Assembly (NCBI GenBank): GCA_965232825.1
Contig: OZ247429.1
Span: 1,568,585-1,632,584, forward strand
Origin: Dehalococcoidia bacterium
Lineage (GTDB): Bacteria > Chloroflexota > Dehalococcoidia > Lucifugimonadales > Lucifugimonadaceae
Length of the DNA: 64,000 nucleotides
Direction: 5' to 3'
Shown: one piece after another, positions 1 through 9,578 of the stretch
Layout of the letters: each line of letters starts with the position of its first letter
How positions within the stretch are numbered: the first letter of the stretch is position 1
The notes under the pieces: generated by a model
Databases searched by the model: none
Seen by the model: the letters and a program-made list of their open reading frames with translations, nothing else
What the model was told of the DNA's origin: nothing
Made by a program: the position numbers and the translations under genes

Positions 1-2994
1 GACGACGATCTCATGCTCGCCGCGCGACATGCTGGGCGGCCAGTAGACGAAACGGTTCGTCTCCCGGTTCGTGAAGTCGTCTTTGATCTCGACGCCGTCC
101 AGCGTCACGCTGTCGAGGATTACTGTGGTCGCCTCGGCGAAATTGATGAAGATGAAGGGACGCAGTTCGGTCGATGTCGAGTCGTCTTCAGGTTGAACTT
201 CACCGCCGCCCGGTCGTAACGGCGACAGGAACTCGGTGTCCAAGGCGAAGTCGGTCGATGCCGCGCCCCAGCTCTGCACGCGCTGACCACCGCGGACGTG
301 CCGCGACCGGTCGCGCGCAAATGCCACGACCCGCAGTCGACCATCTTCGAGCGATGCGCTACCGCTGCTCGCGTTGCGCCACTCGATCTCCCAGTTCTCG
401 CCGGGTCTGGAATTCATCGACCGTTCAGTCAGCTGGAAGGGATCGCCGCGACTGTCTCGGTCGCGGTTGTATCCACAGGTGTAATCGGTGCCGGAAGGTT
501 CGCGGGGCTCGCCGGAGAAGGCGCCGTGACGATTCGCAATGAAATCGTCAATGTCGTACTCGATCGTGCGCCCGTTGACCGTCTCTTCCCAACTCAAGCT
601 TTCACACACCACGACGACCGTCGGCGTTCCCTGCAACGGTTCGTCCGATTCGACGTGGATGTTGATGAAGCCGTTCGTCAGTCGATCCGGCCCTTCGAAT
701 TCATCTCCCCTGCCCGAACCGCCGCTCAATGTGACCGTCAAACGCGGCGCGATACCGTCGTTGGCTTCAAATCGTCGTAACTCGCGGCCCGACGTGATAT
801 TGCCCGCGAAGTCACGGACACTCTCGCCCGCCGAGATGCCGACATACGGCGTCTCATCCGAATCGAGCTCGTCCGCCAACTTCAAGAAGACGTGTTCTTC
901 GTCGACATCGACATCAACGACCTCGGCCTCCGAACCATCGTCCAACTCGACATAGAAGGTGTTTAACCCGACGGACGAAGGATTGATGGGCCCGTCGAAC
1001 ACGATCATTACACCGCGCCGATCGGGCACGGGTTCGTCGTCGCGATCCCGACCGTAGTAACCAGTCGCGGATCGCTCATTGCTAATCTCCGGATCTTTCT
1101 CATCAAGGCCAACGATGTGCGCGGAGAGATATCCCAAAACGTTGGGCTGAATCCGATCACGCGGGTCTTCCTGCCCGAGATCGTCGATGAAGTACGGATC
1201 ATCCCGGTCGGCGTCTGAGAATCCGACATTCCCGGCAATATCGACCACGAAGGCTTGGAAATCGACGCCGAACTCCTGTTCATCACCATCAAGCCGCAAG
1301 CGCACCGAATCGTCGAAACTGCCTGAACTGGCGCCATCGTTGTAGTTGTCAGCTTCGATGTAGCACCGGTCTTGATTGCGACTGCACGAGTCGTCCCCGA
1401 GGTCGAACAGGCGACGCGGGTCGATAACGCCGAACGGGTCGTCGCTCGAGGTGCTGTATCCGACATAGTCATCTCTTCGAGACACGCTTCCGTTCGGGCC
1501 GCTTCCTCGGACATTGAATCTCGGAACGATGCCATCAAGCGCGAAGTTGCGTGAGGAGTCCGAGTTGTTGTCCACGACCAATCGGAATGAGTCTCGAGCC
1601 AGACCGGAGTCGTTGTCTTCAAACGATCCGATGAAGTCTGGCGAATGGTCATCGCTGGAAGATGCGTGGCGTGGCTGATCGATGTCGATGCGCGGCGGTT
1701 CGTAATCGATCGCGATGCGGAGCGTTCGTCGGCGTCCGCCGGAATCGCGATACTCGATAGTTACCGGGCCGCTCGCGACGCCAAGCACCGCCGCATCCGA
1801 CTCACCGCTACCCGCCGCATCGCGCACGCGCGCTCCCCAGTTAGTACTTTGTGTATCGCTTGAGGAGTATCGCCCGTCGCCGTTGGTGTCGGTCAACCGT
1901 ACGTACCCTTCGTACCGGCCCGTGAATAGACCAGTCTCCTCCAGATGGAGATTTACGGCTCGTCGGTCGCCGTCGGAACTCGCCAAGAGCAACAGCTGGT
2001 CGTTGCCGTCGATTTCATTGCTCGTGTATTGAACGTCACCACCGCCGTCCCGTTCGTCCGCTTCGCTGCTTCCGCATCTCCAGACATCGTTCCGCTCGCG
2101 GGTTGGATCATCGCCATTGGTGCAGTAGTAATATGACCGATCGCCGACCATCGCCTCGCGCCCACTAGTCTCGTAAAAGATGGCATGGATCAAGACGTTC
2201 TTGCTCGCCGGCACGCTGGCATTGACGGCCAGCCACGGAGCGACCGACGGGTTAACGCTACCGGATACCCGGTCTTCGTCGACCTCTACTGAACCGCTCA
2301 CATCGGTCAACTTGTCATCGCCGCTACTTGACAGCGAACAAGCAGCAAGACTGGTTACGCAGCCGAAGAAGCGGATATTGCTATCGCCGTCCATCGGCTT
2401 ATAGCTTGAGCCAAATTCAAAGTTGAGCGTTCGGCTGCCCGAAGTTGGAATAGTAGCGACCCCGCTGGAGTCGCGGACCGTCAGTCTCGCTCCCGATTCG
2501 AACTCAGTATCTTCATCGCTGGCAATGAGGTCGCGGTCTCGCAGCAGTCGTCTGATCTCCGCCAAGTCGCCGTCAAATGCGGAATGACCTTCGCCTCTCA
2601 CAAGCACGCCGGTTCGTTTGTCGCGGTCTGGGTCGTAGATGCTGATCTTGAGGAGATCGGTATCTTCAAGGATCGCTCGCGGCTCATCCCAACCCGTCTT
2701 GGGATCGTGAGCATACGTCGCGTAGAGGGTCCGCACTTCTTCGATCTCATCCCGGATATCCCAACCGTCGGACCGGTCGGACAAATGGCATGTATCGTCC
2801 TCGAATACTGAGGCATCTGTGGCCAGACACGTGCCGACGTTTAGAGCATCAATCACACCAGTGGCAGCGTCCGCACGTTGCCCGCCGTATCCGCTCATCT
2901 GCACCCCCAACATGCCGACCGCAATGGATACGATCAGCGCAATTCCCAACAGGTTCCACTTTATGTACTTAGTGTTATGCTGCGGAGTTCTCAT
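1..2994 (-). CDS. Large exported/cell-surface protein, N-terminal ~998 codons (partial; ORF continues past left edge)
   Basis: Own translation of the minus frame. The ATG at 2994-2992 (MRTPQHNTKYIKWNLLGIALIVSIAVGMLGVQMSGYGG..., basic N-terminus plus hydrophobic anchor/signal) stays open to position 1 (...SMSRGEHEIVV). It is missing from the ORF track only because no stop lies in the window; all listed ORFs in 1-2990 are short and in other frames. The sequence is D-rich and has an Ig-like segment (GVMIVFDGPINPSSVGLNTFYVELDDGSEAEVVDVDVDEEHVFLKL) reminiscent of SbsA/Big_5-type surface domains. Confidence 0.7.
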   Translation of the reverse strand, partial: MRTPQHNTKYIKWNLLGIALIVSIAVGMLGVQMSGYGGQRADAATGVIDALNVGTCLATDASVFEDDTCHLSDRSDGWDIRDEIEEVRTLYATYAHDPKTGWDEPRAILEDTDLLKISIYDPDRDKRTGVLVRGEGHSAFDGDLAEIRRLLRDRDLIASDEDTEFESGARLTVRDSSGVATIPTSGSRTLNFEFGSSYKPMDGDSNIRFFGCVTSLAACSLSSSGDDKLTDVSGSVEVDEDRVSGSVNPSVAPWLAVNASVPASKNVLIHAIFYETSGREAMVGDRSYYYCTNGDDPTRERNDVWRCGSSEADERDGGGDVQYTSNEIDGNDQLLLLASSDGDRRAVNLHLEETGLFTGRYEGYVRLTDTNGDGRYSSSDTQSTNWGARVRDAAGSGESDAAVLGVASGPVTIEYRDSGGRRRTLRIAIDYEPPRIDIDQPRHASSSDDHSPDFIGSFEDNDSGLARDSFRLVVDNNSDSSRNFALDGIVPRFNVRGSGPNGSVSRRDDYVGYSTSSDDPFGVIDPRRLFDLGDDSCSRNQDRCYIEADNYNDGASSGSFDDSVRLRLDGDEQEFGVDFQAFVVDIAGNVGFSDADRDDPYFIDDLGQEDPRDRIQPNVLGYLSAHIVGLDEKDPEISNERSATGYYGRDRDDEPVPDRRGVMIVFDGPINPSSVGLNTFYVELDDGSEAEVVDVDVDEEHVFLKLADELDSDETPYVGISAGESVRDFAGNITSGRELRRFEANDGIAPRLTVTLSGGSGRGDEFEGPDRLTNGFINIHVESDEPLQGTPTVVVVCESLSWEETVNGRTIEYDIDDFIANRHGAFSGEPREPSGTDYTCGYNRDRDSRGDPFQLTERSMNSRPGENWEIEWRNASSGSASLEDGRLRVVAFARDRSRHVRGGQRVQSWGAASTDFALDTEFLSPLRPGGGEVQPEDDSTSTELRPFIFINFAEATTVILDSVTLDGVEIKDDFTNRETNRFVYWPPSMSRGEHEIVV

Positions 2995-3146
2995 CGGAGC
3001 CTATTCCAGATTGGTCGCATCAACATGCAACCGCGTCAATACGCGTTCATAAAGATAAACGTTCGCGACGTGGATTTTGTTCCATCGTGCGAATTGAAGC
3101 GGTCTCGATCCGATCCAATCGTGACGATCGAGGAAGACTGCGACCC

Positions 3147-4529
3147 TTATTTCTCGGTAATGCTCCGAAGGAACGACGCGTTGTCCCTTGATCGAGCAAG
3201 GCGTTCCAAGATGCGCTCGGTCGCCTCCGTCGGATTGCCATTCGAAGATTGCTGTTGCAGCAACGCGAGCATCCGACGCAACAACCAGACCTGTCGCAGA
3301 GTGTCCGGGCTTTGCAGCAACTCTTCGTGCCGAGTGCCACTGCGCTCCATGGAGACCGCCGGATAGATCCTGCGATCCGACATCGTGCGGTCAAGGTGGA
3401 GTTCCATGTTGCCAGTGCCCTTGAACTCCTCGTAGATCAAGTCGTCCAAACGGCTTCCGGTCTCGACCAATGCGGTCGCGACGATCGTCAAGCTGCCGCC
3501 CTCTTCACAGTTCCGCGCCGCGCCGAAGAATTGCTTCGGCGGGTAGAGCGCCAACGGGTCCATACCTCCCGACAACGTCTTGCCGCTGCTCGGCAACTTA
3601 ACGTTGAAGGCGCGGGCCAGACGAGTCAAGCTGTCGAGTACCAACAACACGTCCTCACCAGATTCCACGAGCCGTTTCGCGCGATCCAAAGCCTGGTCCG
3701 ATGTCTCACATTGATGCTCGACCTGCTCGTCGAAAGTCGAGGAGTAGACCTCGCCCTTAATCGACCGGCGCATATCAGTCACTTCTTCCGGCCGCTCGCC
3801 GATCAAGGCGACGATGATGTGAATCGCCGGGTAGTTTTCAGCCACCGCGTGCGCGATGTCCTTCAAGATCACCGTCTTGCCGGCCTTGGGCGGAGCCACA
3901 ATTAGTGCGCGCTGACCCTTGCCGATCGGTGCAATGATGTCAATCACACGGCTATTGAGCTTGTTCGGCATCGTCTCCAGCGTCAACTGCTTATCCGGGT
4001 AGACGACGGTCAAATGCTCGAAACGCGGGCGACGGCGAGCGAATTCAACGTCGCGACCGTTAATCAACTCCGGCCACAGCAAAGGATTGTTGCCGCGTCC
4101 ACGCGTGCGTTCACCCTGTGACCGCACCGGACCGGCGATGAAATCGCCCTGCCGAAGACCGCTCTTGCGAATCAGTCCGTTGGGAACGTAGATGTCATCG
4201 TCGCTGCTCCCGCCTCCGGGAGGTCGCAAAAACCCGTAACCCTTGTCATGAACATCCAGAATGCCAGCACCGATTGCGATGCCGGTCGATTCGGATTTGG
4301 CAAGGAGCACCTGCAATGCAAGCTCGGTGCGACGTTCCGGAATATCAACCAGACCGATGCTCCGCGCTTCCACCATCAACTCAGCGTTGGTCATGGTTCC
4401 AAGATTGCCAAGGGCATCCGGACTCAAGCGTTCTGATTGACGTGGAGCCGGTTTCGGGGCAATTGCAACTTGCCTCCGTTGTCCGTTCTGATCAATCGGA
4501 ATCGACGTATCAATAGGGGTACGTGTCAT
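3147..4529 (-). CDS. rho: Transcription termination factor Rho
   Basis: 460-aa ORF. It has an RNA-binding N-domain ([11 protein letters not shown]...[19 protein letters not shown]), Walker [21 protein letters not shown], and the C-terminal [15 protein letters not shown]...RIYPA. A ~45-aa N-terminal extension precedes the canonical fold. Confidence 0.95.
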   Translation of the reverse strand: MTRTPIDTSIPIDQNGQRRQVAIAPKPAPRQSERLSPDALGNLGTMTNAELMVEARSIGLVDIPERRTELALQVLLAKSESTGIAIGAGILDVHDKGYGFLRPPGGGSSDDDIYVPNGLIRKSGLRQGDFIAGPVRSQGERTRGRGNNPLLWPELINGRDVEFARRRPRFEHLTVVYPDKQLTLETMPNKLNSRVIDIIAPIGKGQRALIVAPPKAGKTVILKDIAHAVAENYPAIHIIVALIGERPEEVTDMRRSIKGEVYSSTFDEQVEHQCETSDQALDRAKRLVESGEDVLLVLDSLTRLARAFNVKLPSSGKTLSGGMDPLALYPPKQFFGAARNCEEGGSLTIVATALVETGSRLDDLIYEEFKGTGNMELHLDRTMSDRRIYPAVSMERSGTRHEELLQSPDTLRQVWLLRRMLALLQQQSSNGNPTEATERILERLARSRDNASFLRSITEK

Positions 4530-4725
4530 TAAGCACCTTCGCGTTAGGACTCAGCGAATTACTAAAGTGAGGGATCGCTTCTGGGCGATATGTCTCCGAG
4601 TGGAGCGGCTGCCTGCCCGCCAATCGTCCCCATCAACCATCAATTCCACACCTCACCGCGCATGGCAATCCGCGTTCTGCGAGAAAGTCTATATGAATTA
4701 ACAACAGCGAGTCAAATCAAAAACA

Positions 4726-4781
4726 TCCCTCCCCCTTGATGCACAAGGGAGAATTAAGGGGGGTATAAACTCGGCGTCCCG
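4726..4781. repeat. Dispersed intergenic repeat, family C copy 1 (hairpin-containing)
   Basis: tccctcccccttgatgcacaagggagaattaaggggggtataaactcggcgtcccg lies in the rho leader. It aligns with copies at 15827-15881 and, in reverse, 54471-54510. Confidence 0.6.
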
Positions 4782-4803
4782 TTGCGACCGCTCCAAGTCG
4801 ACA

Positions 4804-6552
4804 TCAACTGCCGACAGTTAACGCACTCGCGAAAAGCTGATGCTGCGTGCCTTCTGGCTGGAACTGCCGAGCGGACTGCACGAAGAGATCGAACAGCGGA
4901 TGTGGCTGTTCAGGACGAGACCTAAACTCCGGATGGAATTGACTGCCCAGCATGAACGGGTGGTCAGATAACTCCGCGATCTCGACCAACGACGAATCCG
5001 GATTCATCCCGCTGCTTAGAAGACCTAAACTCTCCAGACGTTCCCGATACGCGTTGTTGTACTCAAACCGATGGCGGTGCCGTTCTCTGATCTTTAACGT
5101 CCCGTTGCTCATCTCACCGCCGTTCTTGGCCATCGAATATGCTTCGTAGGCCCTTGTTCCCGGGGTAAGAACGCAGGAATACTCGCCCAACCGCATCGTC
5201 CCGCCGATCTCGGTAACCTGCTTCTGCTCCTCCATCAGCGCAATGACCGGCTCCGTCGCTGCCGCGTCGAACTCCGTCGAATCCGCCTCTTCGATTCCGG
5301 CGACGTGACGGGCAAACTCGATGATCATCATCTGCAAACCTAGACACAGACCAAGATAGGGTATGCCCTCCTCACGCGCGTACCGAGCGGTCTCAATCAT
5401 CCCCTCCGTCCCGCGCTTGTCGAATCCGCCCGGAACCACAATCCCCTGCGCCTTCGAAAGATAGCGATCTGCGCCGTTCTCCTCGATCAGCTCCGAAGGT
5501 GTCCATTCAAGATCGATGCGGACACCTTGGCTTAGCTCTGCATGTCGTAACGCTTCAACCACCGACAGGTAGGAGTCCTGGAGGCTCGTATATTTGCCGA
5601 CGATCGAGATAGACACTCGTTCCATGTCGCTGTCGTATACAAACGAACCCTCGCCGTTGTTCGCCAAATTCGGAGTATCCGCCAATGCCCTCCACACCGG
5701 AGGCACCATCGGTTCCCGCCGCTCGAAGCCGAGGCGATCCATGATCACCTCCGCCAAACCCTGATTTTCCAACCAACCAGGAACCGCGTAGACATTGCCC
5801 AACGTTGGCAGATAAATGATCGCGTCGCGCGGCACACCGCAATGGAGGCTGATCTTGTCCTTCAGGCTCTCCGCCTCTTCCTCCGAATCCGTTGGGTCGT
5901 TAAGACGACAGAGAATCGCATCCGGTTGGATACCCAACGCCCGGAGCGCGCGAACGCTGTGTTGCGTCGGTTTCGTCTTCAACTCGTTTGTCGGCTTTAG
6001 GAAAGGAACGAACGTGAGGTGGATCGAAAACGAATTTTGACGCCCCTCCATGTCCCGCATCCACCGCACCGCTTCGATGAACGCCTCCGCCTCCATGTCG
6101 CCGACGGTACCACCGACCTCGACGATCACCACATCCGCGTCCTCGCTCTCCGCCAACTTCCTGATCCGCCGAGCGACCACGCTCACCAGATGCGGCACCA
6201 CTTGCACCGTCTCTCCCAAAAACTCCGAACCCAAACGTTCCTTGTCCAACAACTCGTTATAGATCTGCCCCGCCGTCACGTTAGACAGGATCGTGAAATC
6301 CTGGTTCAAGAAGCGCTCGTAATGCCCCAGGTCCAGATCCGTTTCGCTACCGTCCATCGTCACGAACACCTCGCCGTGTTCAAGAGGCGACATCGTCCCT
6401 GGGTCGACGTTCAGATAAGGGTCGAGCTTGAGAATAGTGACCCGGATCCCCCGATTCTTCAACATGCGCCCGATAGATGCACAGGCGATGCCCTTGCCTA
6501 AAGAGCTGGTTACGCCGCCCGTAACGAAGATGTATCGACGGCGCTTACTCAA
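4804..6552 (-). CDS. pyrG: CTP synthase
   Basis: 582-aa ORF with the N-terminal synthetase motif IFVTGGVTSSLGKGI and a C-terminal glutamine amidotransferase domain (YLGLCLGLQ, HRHRFEYN). Confidence 0.97.
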   Translation of the reverse strand: MSKRRRYIFVTGGVTSSLGKGIACASIGRMLKNRGIRVTILKLDPYLNVDPGTMSPLEHGEVFVTMDGSETDLDLGHYERFLNQDFTILSNVTAGQIYNELLDKERLGSEFLGETVQVVPHLVSVVARRIRKLAESEDADVVIVEVGGTVGDMEAEAFIEAVRWMRDMEGRQNSFSIHLTFVPFLKPTNELKTKPTQHSVRALRALGIQPDAILCRLNDPTDSEEEAESLKDKISLHCGVPRDAIIYLPTLGNVYAVPGWLENQGLAEVIMDRLGFERREPMVPPVWRALADTPNLANNGEGSFVYDSDMERVSISIVGKYTSLQDSYLSVVEALRHAELSQGVRIDLEWTPSELIEENGADRYLSKAQGIVVPGGFDKRGTEGMIETARYAREEGIPYLGLCLGLQMMIIEFARHVAGIEEADSTEFDAAATEPVIALMEEQKQVTEIGGTMRLGEYSCVLTPGTRAYEAYSMAKNGGEMSNGTLKIRERHRHRFEYNNAYRERLESLGLLSSGMNPDSSLVEIAELSDHPFMLGSQFHPEFRSRPEQPHPLFDLFVQSARQFQPEGTQHQLFASALTVGS

Positions 6553-6711
6553 CGTGAAAAACGAGCGTTGTTGCGGAGGTTCGGCACATGAAAAGTGTAC
6601 CCAAAATTCAGACTTTTAGTGAGCGTCTCAATCCGAAAACGCGCAGATTTGCTCACATATAGAATCTTCGTTTGTGACACCAATCCAACTGCCATCCGAA
6701 ATGCCAGTCAA

Positions 6712-7008
6712 ATGAACTCTCCATTGCTGACGGAAGACGACGTCCGACACATCGCTCGCCTAGCCGCCCTTCGCATCGATGATGCAGAGGTAGAGACGAT
6801 GCGAAGCCAGTTGTCCGACATCCTCGCTCACTTTCAGACGCTGGCACAACTCGACACCCAAGGAGTGCCGCCAACCGGACACACCACCGACGCGCACTCT
6901 GTGATGCGTGACGACGAAGAAATGGCGGCCCTCGATCGCCAGCAGACTCTCGCCAATGCGCCATTTATAGACGGCGAATTCGTCCGCGTCAGACCCGTAA
7001 TCGAATAA
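6712..7008 (+). CDS. gatC: Glu/Asp-tRNA amidotransferase subunit C
   Basis: Start placed at the internal ATG at 6712 (MNSPLLTEDDVRHIARLAALRIDDAEVETMRSQLSDILAHFQTL...). The product is 98 aa and sits immediately upstream of gatA. The 5' part of track ORF 6595.. is judged non-coding. Confidence 0.9.
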   Translation: MNSPLLTEDDVRHIARLAALRIDDAEVETMRSQLSDILAHFQTLAQLDTQGVPPTGHTTDAHSVMRDDEEMAALDRQQTLANAPFIDGEFVRVRPVIE

Positions 7009-7052
7009 CCGTTGCTGTTGACGCCAACCGCCACCAGATTGCGTTTCCCACG

Positions 7053-8519
7053 ATGACAGAAACCCTTCCCGAAACTAACGCGTCGGCGCGCGAGATGCGC
7101 GCCAAGTACGAATCCGGCCAAGCGACCGTCCGCGACACCGCGCTCGCACACCTAGAACGCATTCAAAAAGTCGATAAACACACGCACGCCTTCCTTACAG
7201 TACTGGACGAAAACCAAATCGTCGCCCAAGCCGACGCCGCAGACGAGATGATAAGAGCTGGGGAAGCCTCAGCCCTCACCGGCATTCCGTTCCTGATCAA
7301 GGACAACATATCAACCGATGGCGTCCGCACCACCGCCGCCTCCAAGATCTTGGACGGATACGTCCCGCCATTCGACGCCACCGTAGTTTCACGGCTCAAA
7401 AAAGTCGGCGCAATCATCCTTGGCAAAGGCAACCTCGACGAATTCGCCATGGGCTCGTCGAACGAAAACTCCGCATTCGGAGCGGTCATCAACCCGTGGG
7501 GCAAAAACCGCGTGCCCGGCGGTTCCAGCGGTGGCGCCGCGGCGGCCGTCGCGGCGGGAGAAGCCGCAATCGCTCTCGGATCGGACACTGGCGGCAGCAT
7601 CCGCCAACCCGCATCGCTCTGCGGCGTCGTCGGTTTCAAACCTACTTACGGCACCGTCAGTCGATACGGCCTCATCGCATTCGGCTCATCGCTCGACCAA
7701 ATCGGACCTATCGCAAGAACCGTCGCCGACTGCGCCGACACTGCGAATACAATTTCCGGCCGCGACTCATTCGATTCAACATCACTAGATCTCGATCTAG
7801 ATTTCACCCAATACCTAGATCGCGACATCGATGGAATGCGGATCGGTGTTCCCCGTGAATACCTCGTCGAAGGCATCGAACCCGGCGTACGATCCGCGTT
7901 CGACGCCTCGATCGCCGTCCTAGAAAATCTCGGCGCCGTCGTCGAAGAGACCAGCCTTCCGCTCACCGACCACGCCCTCGCCGTCTACTACATCATTGCC
8001 CCTTCCGAAGCGTCCGCAAATCTTTCCCGTTTCGACGGCGTCAAATACGGAATGTCGGTCGATGGCGAGCCAAACGCTCGCGAATCGATCGAAGCAACAA
8101 GGGGCGACGGATTTGGCCCAGAAGTGAAACGGCGCATACTCATCGGAACGTATGCACTCTCAGCCGGGTACTACGATGCCTACTACAAGAAAGCGCAGCA
8201 AGTCAGGACTCTCATCCGGCGAGAGTTCCAAGACGCATTCCAAAAGTTCGATGCTCTAGTCATGCCGACTTCACCGACCGTGGCCTTCGAAATCGGCGAA
8301 AAAACGCAGGACCCATTCCAGATGTATCTCAGCGACGTCTGCACCATACCGGTCAACATCGCGGGATTGCCAGGAATATCGGTTCCTTGCGGCCTATCCG
8401 AAGGCCTACCAGTAGGACTGCAAATCGTCGCTCCCCATATGGGAGACCGCACCGCGCTGCAGATCGCGCATGCCTACGAACAATCGGCGAATTGGAAGCT
8501 GACACCTCCAAAACTATGA
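7053..8519 (+). CDS. gatA: Glu/Asp-tRNA amidotransferase subunit A
   Basis: 488 aa with the amidase signature GGSSGGAAAAVAAGEAAIALGSDTGGSIRQPA. It follows gatC. Confidence 0.95.
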   Translation: MTETLPETNASAREMRAKYESGQATVRDTALAHLERIQKVDKHTHAFLTVLDENQIVAQADAADEMIRAGEASALTGIPFLIKDNISTDGVRTTAASKILDGYVPPFDATVVSRLKKVGAIILGKGNLDEFAMGSSNENSAFGAVINPWGKNRVPGGSSGGAAAAVAAGEAAIALGSDTGGSIRQPASLCGVVGFKPTYGTVSRYGLIAFGSSLDQIGPIARTVADCADTANTISGRDSFDSTSLDLDLDFTQYLDRDIDGMRIGVPREYLVEGIEPGVRSAFDASIAVLENLGAVVEETSLPLTDHALAVYYIIAPSEASANLSRFDGVKYGMSVDGEPNARESIEATRGDGFGPEVKRRILIGTYALSAGYYDAYYKKAQQVRTLIRREFQDAFQKFDALVMPTSPTVAFEIGEKTQDPFQMYLSDVCTIPVNIAGLPGISVPCGLSEGLPVGLQIVAPHMGDRTALQIAHAYEQSANWKLTPPKL

Positions 8520-9046
8520 AAATCCTAACCGTCCCAAATCCTTCGTCCGTCAAACTCATCTTGGCGATTGCGATCGTCGCGCTCGCTACGGTCTTCGCCT
8601 GCACGTCGGACTCTGCAGAAGATACACCGACAGCGGACACCGAAGTCGCTGTCAGTAATGCAGATCTGGATTGCCCCGACCTTGAAGAACCGCCTGGCGT
8701 TGGCGATACTCCGTTGGGACCGCCCCCGGGAATGCCTTACATCTTCACTGGCACTGCCTTCATTGACGGTCAACCCGCGCCCGAAGGCGAAATGCTTTAT
8801 GTGAAACTCACCGCGTCACGCTCACACGCAGTCGAGATTCTTGAGAACGGCAAATATCGCGATATCATTCACGGTCCGGTTCACCCGTCTGACAATGACG
8901 TGCCCTTCGTCTTCTGCCTCGGCGACCCCGAAGGTGTCGCAGTCAAATCGAACGAAACCGTTGAATACGAAAACACCGGGACCTTCGAAGAAGTCGAGCT
9001 AGATCTCAACTTCCCTATGGGACCGGGCGAATTGAACGCTCAGTAA
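8516..9046 (+). CDS. Hypothetical exported protein (possible lipoprotein)
   Basis: The ATG at 8516 overlaps the gatA stop (ATGA). The N-terminus is signal-like and ends in Cys (MKILTVPNPSSVKLILAIAIVALATVFAC). No family recognised. Confidence 0.55.
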   Translation: MKILTVPNPSSVKLILAIAIVALATVFACTSDSAEDTPTADTEVAVSNADLDCPDLEEPPGVGDTPLGPPPGMPYIFTGTAFIDGQPAPEGEMLYVKLTASRSHAVEILENGKYRDIIHGPVHPSDNDVPFVFCLGDPEGVAVKSNETVEYENTGTFEEVELDLNFPMGPGELNAQ

Positions 9047-9567
9047 TGCTTCTCGAACTCGACGGCGTCGCGCCGCAAGTCCACGAGACCGCGTTTATAA
9101 GCGCACAAGCTACGCTGATCGGAGACGTGCGCGTCGGACCTCGATCAAGCGTCTGGCCAGGAGCCGTAATCCGAGCCGACAGCGGAACCATCACTATCGG
9201 ATCGGGATCGAACGTCCAAGACAACACCGTAATCCACGCCGACGACGATGCCACAATCGGCGATGACGTGACGATAGGTCATGGCGTCGTCTGCCACGGC
9301 AAGACGATCGGCGACAGCTGCCTGCTCGGAAACGGATCGGTTCTAAACGATGGCGTCGTTTTAGGAAAAGGATGCCTAGTTGCTGCGGGTTCCGTTATCC
9401 CTGAAAACGCTAATTTCGATGACAACCAACTCATCCGCGGCGTCCCCGGCAAAGCCATCGGAAGGTTACGTTCCAGGCACCAACAGTTGCAGCAACGTGC
9501 CGCTCTGAGCTACGTCAACCGTATTGAACGCTACAAACGGTCATCCACCGAAGACAACCCTCTCTAA
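9046..9567 (+). CDS. Gamma-carbonic-anhydrase-like / left-handed beta-helix (hexapeptide repeat) protein
   Basis: 173 aa with the typical YrdA/PaaY-like sequence (VHETAFISAQATLIGDVRVGPRSSVWPGAVIRADSGTITIGSGSNVQDNTVIH). The start overlaps the preceding stop (TAATG). Confidence 0.8.
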   Translation: MLLELDGVAPQVHETAFISAQATLIGDVRVGPRSSVWPGAVIRADSGTITIGSGSNVQDNTVIHADDDATIGDDVTIGHGVVCHGKTIGDSCLLGNGSVLNDGVVLGKGCLVAAGSVIPENANFDDNQLIRGVPGKAIGRLRSRHQQLQQRAALSYVNRIERYKRSSTEDNPL

Positions 9568-9578
9568 CCAACTCGTAC

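Noticed and set aside
6595-6711. N-terminal 39 codons of the track ORF for gatC
   Set aside because: GatC proteins are ~95-100 aa. The conserved start (MNSPLLTEDDVRHIARLA...) is at 6712, and the upstream codons look like divergent promoter DNA shared with pyrG.
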